Source: Botryllus schlosseri
Taxonomy: Eukaryota
DNA length: 64,000 nt
Direction: 5' to 3'
Assembly (NCBI GenBank): GCA_051294905.1
Contig: CM119371.1
Span: 29,638,001 to 29,702,000 of the forward strand
Part shown: piece after piece, positions 12,901 to 24,900 of the stretch
Position numbering within the stretch: the stretch's first letter is position 1
Layout of the letters: the number at the start of each line of letters is the position of its first letter
Position numbers and translations under genes: made by a program
Notes under the pieces: model-generated
Seen by the model: the letters and a program-made list of their open reading frames with translations, nothing else
What the model was told of the DNA's origin: nothing
The model's database searches: none

Positions 12901-15900
12901 TGTAACAAAAAAATTAGTTGAGCCGATTTTTTTGATATTTCCTATACCCTATTCCTGAGTAAAACATTTTGCTGGCATTCTTGTACCACGAGTATCGTTT
13001 AAAATGTCATTTTAAGCTTTTTAACCCTTCCGCACCCTGTTTTTCAACCTTCTTTATTAAATGCCCTTTTAGCTTGGACGTCACAATGATCCACCATTTA
13101 ATTCATAATAGGTGGTAATTAGTGACAATGAGTTTCTCAGTCTTAGGTAGTCATCATTGGCTACAGCAAGCAATCTCAAATTCCATTTCGCTTTGTTCTG
13201 TAAATGCACATATCGTGATCGTGGTGTACTGAGTTCAATCTTATCATTGGGTAAAGAAATTGTCAAAATTGTTTACAAAGTCAAAAAAATTTCAACCTGT
13301 ATTTCGTTTGTATCGTAGACGTTCTCACTGCCAATGAACCATAGCCTATATAAAGTCTATGGATGAACTTATCATTTAAAGTTTTACAACTTGTAGTCAA
13401 CATTGTTTAGACAACATTGTCAGAATGAAGCAGTGTTAGCACAACTTCAGTGTTGTCTGCCAACAACTGCTGCTGTTGAACTTTCTTTCTCCATTCTTGG
13501 CAAGCTACTTAGTAAGGCCGGACACTTTCTACACAGGAATGTAAGAAATCATCTTTCGTTGTACTACAACCGTTTTTGATTATTTCTACCATAACGCGTG
13601 ATGTAACGACTGGAATTCTTTATAGGTCCAGATTTCGTTAAAAGTATTTTATTTTTCATGTACAAATTTGTCAGTTTTTCGAGTCAAATAGGTTTTTCAT
13701 GCCAAACTACTTCGTAAGAACAGACAGTTTCAACCAGAAATGAAGATAAGTAGTAAAATTCTAACATTATGTTTGAAAACACCTAATTTACATACATGAC
13801 ATCAAAATTGAGTCAAAATAAAGTTTTTCAATGTCAGAATATGTCAAAATCTTGATTTTGTAGGTTAAAAAATCTCCACATATCACTTTGAAACAATTGA
13901 AATACAAAATATAGATAGAAGGATTTGTTATAACTTGAATTTAGCATGAAAATTGGAGACCAAGAAAAGATCTGAGCATTTCATATGATCTGCGAAACCC
14001 TCTGATGAAATTTGGATTGGCTTATGAGAGACCGGCATGCAACGTCATTTCCTATCAAATAATCTGGAAGGAACCCCGAAATCTTGTGGATGTCTGTTAT
14101 TTCTTTATGGTGGCATTTCAAAGTTCCGAAGAACTACAGAAATACTTCATATTGCATATCTTTCTAGGCCATCCGCTTAAACACCTATTCCGCATAACAG
14201 TAAGTTGTCACTGCCAAAATTATCAGGAAAAAAGCTCCAGAAGACTCAAAAGGATTTGAAGTTGTAACAAATGACTCCGATGACAACGACATCATCATCA
14301 TCATCTCTCGTATAGATATAAACTCAGAACCACCCTTCCCGAAACAACACGAATTTCATGGTTTCGTAAAACACGGAATTCACTAAATCAAATGCGGAAC
14401 TTTTGACTTCAAGGTTGCAGCTAAGGAACAAGCTAGATGTTCTTCAGCGAGAAAAAGGCATGTCCGATTTTCAAGTTGTTTCTCAGTGGCGGGTAGGCTA
14501 CTCTTTGGCTATGCAGCAATGTTGACAACCTATTTAAAGAAATAGGAATTGCTCATGACCGAAGACGGTGATAGCTATACCTAAAGTTCAAAATGAGTCC
14601 TCCATTGTACTGGAGATCAAGTTCCACCTCTAGTCGTTGGCCATTCTTTCCAAATCATAGAAGCTAACAAAATTAGGAAGTTTCTACTTGATAGTATTGA
14701 CTATGCCAGATTATATACGTATGACTGGTAACTCTGCCAAGATTTAAAAATGATTGACTTCTTGAAAAGATTTATTGAGGCAATACAGAACATTCTTGTT
14801 TTCTTTGTTTATGGGACTCCGGAGCTGAAACTGAACACTGTTCTCGAAACAATGTATGAAAATGGATTAAAATGTACATGGAAAAATGGAGAGGGTATGC
14901 CCTAGTCCAAATATGGGTGATGTAAGCGGGGAACATGGCGAAGTGTTTCAGCAGGATATTATGATTTGGGAATAAGATACTAAGGAAAGTGTTGTTGCAT
15001 CATGGTGGGGTTTTTTTTTGGTCCATAATACCAGAAGATGTCACGCAAAAAACAAACATTTCCGAAATTTTTTTGAACTGTTAGCATCCTTATATAATCT
15101 ATTGTAGCCGATATTTGTGCATATTATTTCTTTTTGTCCGTGTGTTTGGACGTCGAATAAGGAAATATGCTGATTATTACAGGGAAATTTTGGGCAAAAC
15201 GAGAAGTCAAAAAGTGTCTTTTCTCGAAGAGTGGGGATACTTCAGAATTGTTTTGTATTCTCGTGATAAGTTTAAAATCACAACATACAATATATGAAAA
15301 TTACTACTCAACTAAAAATGTATCAAAATTTTATTACATGGTGTTATCAGTTGAGCCGCGAATCTTTATAAAAAAAAAACGTATAAAAACTTTTGCTATG
15401 GCTGAAAAATATCCTTCCTACGTACTTGTTTGATAAACGGAACGGTCTAAATTCTGGTCTCAAAGTTTTCACTAGAAATATTATTATCGTAACGTCAAAA
15501 ATGATATCGAAAACACATTGACACTGTGAAAAACCAAGGTATCTAAGCAAGTTTTTGATCCGTTTTTTAATAACCAACTCATGTACAGTAACTCATTCCG
15601 CAAATCATGAGCACATTGTCCGGACTGCAGTTTGCACTACAACATCTAATCCAATAATATACTGTTTCTAACTTGGTGTTAGTTGTTAATTCAATCGGAA
15701 GCAATGAATCAAGCAATCTTTCAGCAGAAGACGAACAACTCATTGATTTACGAAATGTCCCTATTTTTAAAACTGTGTTTCCGGTGTCAGATCATACCTC
15801 ATTACTGTCTGCAATCGATGAATTGTTATCAACACCATCGTGAAAACAGATTGCTCAGAACCGATAACCAGCAAGGCGCCTAAAATGGAACAAGTGGTGC

Positions 15901-18900
15901 TGGTTCTCCATTTAATATCCACATTGCAATAAATGCCCTCGACTTCGATGGCCTTGATGCATATGGAAATGGTGTATATCTGTAACGGTTCGTAAGTAGA
16001 TATATAGACGTTGAAACAATGTAATCGTATTCGATTTCATACCCCCACGAGTAAGTCAGAAATGGATAGACTCAGGATGAGTAATTTGTTGACGTTTGAA
16101 TGCGATCGATCAAATCCTCGGCTAACGGAGTACACGATATCATGTGATGTTAATCCAGCTACGGTGGTACATCCGATGATAGCGATAATACCTGTAAAAT
16201 GACATTTTGCAATTTTATTTGCATTCCTATAGTATTTCCAGAGGAATTATTTGCTGTGAGGAAACTTCCAATTTATTTGAACTTGAAAGTAACCAATTCG
16301 AAGCTTTGTATTCGAACTCCATTTACCATGCTTGTGAGTAACTGGATTTGAAATTGAACTTGACTTGACGATGTCCATTCTCCAATGAAAGTTGAGTCAT
16401 TTAAAGCGGATTTGCATTGAATTGACAGTGCGCATGACGGTAAATGAATTCAGGACTTCGATCGCGACTTCATTCTTGATCAAGATGTGGATCCGAAAAC
16501 TATAAATCTGCACTGAATGGTGTTGTTCGGATAACCGTTTGCTACAAATCGAATGAAATTTCAATCTACCTAATTTTATTTTGTCATTCGAAAATTTTCA
16601 TTCGGGCATTTCTACCTTTTACACATGGCTTATAGTTAAGGTTGCTATTCTGGCGATACTGTGGCCGTAAAAGCAGAATTGTGCGGCCGTCAACTTGGAA
16701 TTTGGATTTACGAATTGGCTAGCAAATATTTAAAAGCTTTTAATTGAACTTTAAAATTTTCTTCGAGGTTGCCGCGACTTAGGGTGATCTGAATTTTCGA
16801 TTTTAATATAATATGGTTCCTGCATCTGAGCTCATCAGTGCATATGCATTTTGCGGAGGAAAATAATGTGCCTAATTAGGAAATATTAATTGGGAATCGT
16901 TTGCATCACACGGAAAACATTTCTCCTGTACCTTTGGGCGATTCCGATATAGTATCACTCAGACATGGGGTAATCGCGATTAGTAATCGTAATCGATTAC
17001 GACGATTACAGCATTTTCAAGTAATCGTAATCGCAATCGATTACATTCGAAAAAATTCCGAAGTAATCGTAATCGTAATCGACTACTTCCCATATCTAAT
17101 CGATTTCTTTGTGAAAGAACGATTACTTTTTATTTGTACAAGGACTATGACATAAACTGAACATTCGTGAACAAGGAAGATGTATCATACCAGGTTCATG
17201 ATAACACAAACGTCTGATTTTTAAATGTGATTGCTCATTATTACGTCAGAAGTAGCCTACTAGCTTTGCTAGTCATTGCGTAAGAAGTATCCACAGTAAA
17301 TAGATATTCGATGTACGTCACGTACATTCGCGTGATTGTAAGAACACCCGACGTGCTGTATATCAGGTTATCAACCCGTTCCACACGCCAGTACCCCGGA
17401 GCAGGATAATTAATCACCACTCTATCAAGTAACTTGTGTATTGATGTTTGGTTATGCAAACGCAGTTTGACCGTTGCTGCTTGGCGAGCAGTAGGCCTAT
17501 GTAGTACGCACGTACACCGGACAGAGATTTGAAATTTTGTACTCGTCAAATATAACATTACGGTTTCCACAACGAAGCAATAAAAATCAACGGTTGCTGA
17601 TATATATCACAACCGAGCCGTTTTTGCCGTTTCTCGTAGCGGCAGCTTGCCGTACATTATCTGTATTAAGATGAAGGCAGAATTATATGTTCTCTTCATC
17701 TTATTCCAATATTACTCTACTTGAAACATGCGCTAATCGTTATTTCATAATTCTTTACTCAACATTGGGACTTGCCGCCATAGCCATGGGCTTATATATC
17801 ATGTTAGCGTGGGTTGTAGACAGAATCAGGGCCGAAACAGCTATTCGTCCCCCAGTCCAAACGTTAGTCTTTGGCCCCCATAGGGTGATAATTTCAAGTT
17901 GAAGACTGAATTTCGTCAATAACATTGGTAATCGCATCACATTATCATTAGTTTTTATTCCGCTCTCTCTCTCTGCCCCCGATGGTCAGGTTTACCTGTA
18001 GAGCTGGGGACACGTAATTCATAATTATAACGTCTGTTATCTTGTCATAATTACTTTAGTGAATGTAGTTAATTCGTGATTTCCGGTATGTTATATAATC
18101 AAAAGATATTGTTGTAACCCTAACGTAGCAGACTAAAAGAAAAACCTTCGTGAGATGCACACACAAATTGTCATGTCTTTAATGCTCTGTGGGTGTCCGG
18201 GTGGCATTTGCATTGTGGGCTCGGATTGGAAGGACTGGACTATAGTAGTCACGCCCACCCAGCGCGGCTATTGACAATGGACACATACCCTCAGTTTCGG
18301 CTAAGGTCTTTCTTTAGTAGCACACTTCGTGAAGTCGCGTGTTGGTCGAAATTGCATATGTCTTTTGGTGTGTCGTAGCACGGTATTGACTGGAACCTAA
18401 ATGCCTATTGCTATAAATTAGGGTTGCATTTAAAACAAAAATAAATTTAAATCGAGCATGTTTACAACATACCCTTGTTTAAAACATGATTTTTTTTCAT
18501 GCTATTCCATTTTTTTTCAAGCCTTGACGTCACCAATGTGGATTGACATTGACAATTGAAAATATAGGGTAAATATAGCTCCTTTGACGAAATATCTGTA
18601 CTATAACTGTTTAACCGAATATTTTGAGGGGTTCCAACCATCTCATATCGATGTACGTCGGCCAAATCGGGTGGTAATTGTGGAAAGCTTTTACACAATT
18701 ATGACATAATTTTAAAACTTAAAAAAACACAATTTAGTTTTTTTTAAAGCCTTTGTTTAAAGCACTGTTTAAAACAAGTTTTAAACAATGTGTTTCAAAC
18801 AACCATTTGCTTCAACTGCATGCCTACTATAAATTATATATGCTTTTTTGTTGAAGGGGAGACGTATGCATTCCAAAATCAAGCTTATCTAGAGAGAATT

Positions 18901-21900
18901 TTCAAGTAAATTAAATCTTTCGAGAATACTCTATAATTTTTGTTGGTTTACGAAATACTATTGAGTCCCCCCCCCCGAGCTCGCTCCCCAGCCTATTGGG
19001 AAATTTGGGGTGCGGCAGTCATGGACCCGGTAAGAATGCAATTGGTTGGATGCGATAAATCATCTTCTATAAAAATGGGCAAGGGGTACATTATGACGTA
19101 ACAAGCAAATGACGCATCTTTTTTAAATGGGGTTTGTTATCTCATTAGGCCTTTTCAGCTTTCCAATATAACTTCCAAAATGCAAAATAAATGTAATCAT
19201 GAGTAATCGTGATTACTTTTCCAATGTAATCGTAATCGTAATCGACTACTACCTGATTTTGCTGTAATCGTAATCGTAATCGTAATCGCGTCATTCGGAA
19301 GTAATCGTAATCGCAATCGATTACATTCATGAAGTAATCACCCCATGTCTGGTATCACTATGCTGACAATCCTGGTAAGTGGTCAACATGCAACAAAGGG
19401 TTAAGTAGCAATGAACCCATCCGAAGATGCATGATCTTAATTTATATATGTGCCCTAAATTTATGAAGATACCGTCCATCTGCTACCTGGAAATCTGATC
19501 ACATTGGCGGAGAATGAATAAATAGTTGATAGTAATATGTGCTAGCCTATTACCAATAATATTGACGAAATGCATTCGTAATTAGGAATATATTTTCGTG
19601 CTCTCATAGCGTTGATATACTCGCGATTTTCGTGAAGTATAGCGAGCAAGCCGACATACATGAATATAGGAGTCTAGAGTTCGCTGTCACCTGTTCCGGC
19701 GCCGTCATGGAATATGTAATCTATAACGGACTTGCTACGAATATAATGTGCGCGCGTTTTGAGTAATGATATGCATGAAAGGGAGTGTCTTAGAAAACTG
19801 AATTGCTCCACGTCCAGTAGTGTTGCTGATGAACAGGGCGATTTGTTGACATGTCAAAATTGTAGCGGTAACTCAAAAAATTTGTTAAAATTGTTTTGCA
19901 ACCTGCATTTCGATTGTGTCGTAGATGTTTGCACTGTCGGTGAGCCTATCGTTTAATATTTTATATCTTGTAGCCTGCTGCTGTAGACGGCCCAGTTTCT
20001 GCTCATTGTGAATCATAAACCGCCAAATGAAACAAAGAGGTTGACAAGGTGTTATGTTCAACGCACCGCAATATCCTAACTGAAGCAAGAATGTGTGAGT
20101 ATTGCGTGGTCCTTATATCAAGAAGCGCATGATGAAAAATTGTGATGTAAACATGGTCAGAATGAAGCAACGCGGTGGGCCACCAGCAGTGTACGCACAA
20201 CGTCAGTGTTGTCAGTCAACAACTGTTGGTATTGAATGTTCTTTCCCCGCAATTGGCACGCTATACATAGTAAGGACAGACACATTCTACCCATGAATGT
20301 AGGAAAGTATCTTTTGTTGAACTACAACAAATTCCTAATATTTCTAGCATAATGCGTGATGTAACTACTGGAAATATTCATAGGTCCAGCTTTCACTTAA
20401 ATAAAGTTTTTGTGGTTATTTAGCATCCATCTGGTACATTACGACTGTCCGCTGTGATGCGGCCGTACCCAATATAGGTAATCGAGATGTGGTCGTGACT
20501 AGCAACAAAGGTTGGGCACCCCTGGCTTATAGTAAAACCAATACGAAATAAAATATAATGAACCTTGAATTGAATACACAACTGACAATATAGAGTAGGC
20601 CTTGTAAACAAGATCGAGTTTGATTCCTATTTCCTATACTAGACATGATTCAAGTATTCTCTGTCGACGGTATCGAGAGGTTCGATTTTTTAATTGTCGA
20701 TATGTCGCCCGCACTTGAAGAATGGGCTATTTTACCAGAAATTACTTACTGAGTATCCACACCAACGCCACCACACCCGTATATCTAATCAATGACGTCT
20801 CATCGGAAAACGCGCTAACTATGCAGCCTGGTTGACATTCGTCAGCTCCGGAGAGACAGTCGTGGTATCCGTCGCATACCTACAAAATCGAGAGTTTTTT
20901 TTTTATATCTGGACGTCTTTCACCGTAGCCTATGTTCTTGGATTGTTTGTTCAATAATATACGAATAACGGATGTTCGAATATATTACTATAGTGACTAG
21001 TAAGTACAGTGTCGCACGGATTGTCTGTAGAAAACCTTCATTGTTGTCCTTCTACGCCAGGGGCGGGCAACTTCTTCGATCGGCGGGCCATGATCTCGTA
21101 AAATGAAGTACTTGGCAGGCCGGATGACAAAATCGGTACATTATTCGCGTATTTATTCACCTATAGATGCAATAACTCGATTTAATGTAAACTTCAAGTT
21201 TAATGCGTAGACACCAAAACAGTATTTAATGGATTTATTAATATAATGTTCTTCAATAGCTGTTGAGGTCAATCAGACGTATGTCCAAAAATTAGAATTT
21301 TCACCAAGTCCTTGGAACTCCGACATGTCGGATGAATAGAAACCATTTAGTAAAGACTTGACGTGAACATCAGCTGTATTGTAAGTGTAACGCAGCCTTA
21401 TCTTGTTGTTAATGTTCAACGTCGATAATGTTTGCTTGCAAATGCATGTAGAGCCGAACAGAAAATGATATTTTCATGACCATCTTTCTCAGGTTGGAAA
21501 ACTTGGATTGATTCTGTGACGCATAAAATTTTGTAATATTTTGCAGGCCGCTCAACTTTTTGTCGCGGGCCGTATGCTGTCCGTCACTGTTCTACGTATA
21601 TTATTACAGGTCCAGGTGTGGATAATCATGCATCACAATAGGAGCACATTTAAACAAAATCTGCCACTACAATTACTGGATTGAAGAGGATTTCGTCAAA
21701 AGTTCTTGCTAAATCGCATCACGTGATTCCTGCCGGATTGGACGAGAACCGAAAATATGAACGACTGTACGACGTGTATCCAGGAATGAATGACTTATAT
21801 TCTGGTCCTCTAGGTATATAGAAACTGCAGTAGTCTTTCTCGTCCCAAGGCGAAATATATGTGACACCAATCTAGTCCAACCCATTAATCGATGTGCAAG

Positions 21901-24900
21901 CCTTGACGGACGATTTTGCCGGGCGATTTCCCGATCTACTTCGTTATTTTAGCCCAGAGGTTCTCAACGGCGGCCCGCAACATCGTCGATTATAAAAGTA
22001 ATTACTACTGATCCGGTATTGTTAAATATTAAGTTAACTGCTTAGCTGTTTCGTCGCACCGTTTCTGTTTTGTTTATTGATGACTGGTTTCTTGATATTA
22101 TCGAGTTGAAATTGGTACCGTTTTCATAATCGGTATTCGTCTGATGACCTCTGGGTTAAGAGATTCCAGCTAGGTAGTACACTTTTAAAGAGTGTTACAA
22201 CTGTTACATTCACCAACACTGACTCGAACAGATCTCTACGGGGAAAGGGAAATTAAACTCAGTGTGGAACAATAAATTAGCTTTCGCAGAAATAAATGGA
22301 AAACCGATGTGTCTTATCTGTCGAACAACAATTGTCGTAAAGAAGCGAGGGAGTTCAAAATGACATCAATGACGCAGTTCCTTCCGGAGTACATACATAC
22401 CCAGCTCTTCTTAGGAGAAAAACGTTGCTAATACAGTCTTGTACAAACTAGTGGAAACTAAAACTAGAACTAGTAAATTTTTCGAACTTACAAGTCACAA
22501 CTATATCTAGAACTAGAACTACAATGTTTTCAAAATCCGCAACCAGAACTAGAAGTACACACCTTTTAAAACTCGCAACTAGAACCAGAACTAGAGCTAC
22601 TCTCCTTTCAAAACTACCAACTAAAACTAGAACTAGAACTAATGACCTTTAAAATCCGTAACTAACTGAAAGGCAACTAACTATATCAGTGGCGCACAAT
22701 GTAATTGATGTATTAAATGTCCAGTTAGATGTGTGATGTGGTGGATTTTTGTTCTTTGTGACTCCTTGAAAAGTAGAGGTTCCCCGAAGGCTTGCAAAAT
22801 AGCGTTGGGAACACCTGGGCATTTTACGGCCCGCTGGGGAAATTCAGACTGCGAAAAGTTGCTTGGAATTTTGATCTATACATTTCAATGTGTACTAAAC
22901 CATTTGCTGTATACCGGAAACACGTTTATTTTGAAGTCTGTTTAGTGTTTTTTATCCACCGTGTTTATGTAGCCTGCATTCGTCGTATGCGTAATGTAGA
23001 TTCAAAATAATGTCTATATAACATAAACACGCAGTGACCCGGCTGAGGCTGCGAGAAGGCGAATTTCGGAAAACCTGCCTGTGAAACTGCCAACGCAACA
23101 AGACTATTTCACCAAGCTAGGCACTGCTCGGAATTTAGTGGCCAAGTTGCAATATCCCATATATTTTGTTGTCTCAATAAAACAGGGTTATCATATTTTG
23201 AGATCTGGAAAGGACACTCTTCACGGGCTGCAAAAGTTACTATAGCGGACGAGAAAGTTGGGTGGACTAAAAAAAAGAAAAATAAGGTCATTTTTCCGAC
23301 TTGACTCTCGAAATACCGTTGTCCGTATGATCGAACAACATTTCTCGTAATTCGTGGACTTTTTGGGCATTTTAGGCTAAAAAGTAGGTCAAATTGGCCT
23401 AAAAATAACGATATTCGGGAAGATATTGCTGAAAAAAGAACAATTTTGTTTTTTTATCATAGTTTTGAATAATTACGTGGGATAAATATTATTTTGGGGC
23501 ATTAGCTTTACCTTCCTTATTGTCTAATAGCAACACATCCACTCAGAATCTTTTGCTAACAATGTAATTCAGTGCTTTCAATTTAGAAATGATTATAAAT
23601 TAATACACCGCAAATTATAGTGCAAACTTTTCACTCATCCCGCCAACGTAATTCCAGCTTTCCATTCTCAGAAAAATAATTCCAAACCTCTGTCGCAGGG
23701 GTTCCAAGTCAATAAATTTTGAGAACCTAACTGATTTGGATTCCATTCTCCTAGACAACACATTAAAATTATTTTTATTGGAAATATCACACATAGAATC
23801 GACATTTCCAAGGGACCCTGTTTCGAATTTGAAATTGGAAAGAGATTTCGACCCCTAAACTCACCCGCTTGCTACGTCACTGTCAGTAGTGACAGCTCTG
23901 AGCTAACAATGGCAGTGCAGTGCAGTGCAGTGCAGTGCACATGCACGAACATCATTCAACAGAACACCGGTATCTCGATTCACGCAAAACGACGGCACGT
24001 GCTTACTAGTTGTTCCTCAACTAATATTTTTTCAAATGCAACTACCTAGTACTAGAACTAATGAATTTTAAAAATATCCAACTAGAACTAAAACTTGAAC
24101 TACTCACTTTTCAATATCCGCAACTGGAACTATAACTAGAACTACTCAATTTACAAAATCCACAACTAGAACTAGAATTGGAACTACTCAAAAAAAGTTA
24201 GTTATAGTTTACCGTTAACTATATAAAAGGATAGTTTGTACAAGTCTATGCTAATAGCTTAGTGTGAAGCCTAGCAATCCATATTTCGAAGCATTGTTAA
24301 AATTGCCGACAACGTTACACATCGCAGGCGGTGTTCAAAATGTACTTGGAATATTGCTAAGGCCAAGAAGTCAGCTTGAGATGATGAGATCCGAGACAAC
24401 TTTAACAGACTGCTGAGCGAATTGCCTGTTCCCGGAATTAAGCAATATGGGCAACATCACCAGGCAAATCTTGAAGCTGCTGTTGTCTGATTTAACCGTG
24501 TCCAAATGAATAACACCAAAATCAGTTGATCTTTTATCGCAGTTTCTGAAACAAGTTACTGCGTAGGCTACTTTAGCTAGCATCGGACGAATCCATCGAC
24601 TCCACGTACATTGCATAGCTAATAATCTGTGGGCATCTTCTCATAGTGGACACATTTGAAGAGTAAATGCTAGCAGGGCTAACGTGGGGACAAAGCTGAC
24701 TTCTGTCTGGGCTCCACGCTCCAGCCATGGTAGGAAAGCAAAAAGGGTTGGTTGATTGGTTCGCTCAAAAGACATCCCGAAACCTCAGACTTATTTTCCT
24801 ATCACTGTATTTTGCGTGAGCGGTGGAGAGCTCAAACTGACAATGACGTGACGAATACAATTGCCGTAATTGGCTCAAGCATTGAAACCGAGAGTTCAGT

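Larger units (their letters stand above)
16960..19351. mobile_element. hAT MITE family F (GTAATC/GATTAC arrays) with nested inserts
   Basis: TIR CAGACATGGGGT; TSD GTATCACT (16952-16959, 19352-19359). Confidence 0.9.

Noticed and set aside
19759..20296. Short Cys-containing ORFs in the GPCR intron
   Set aside because: No recognisable domain or splice chain.
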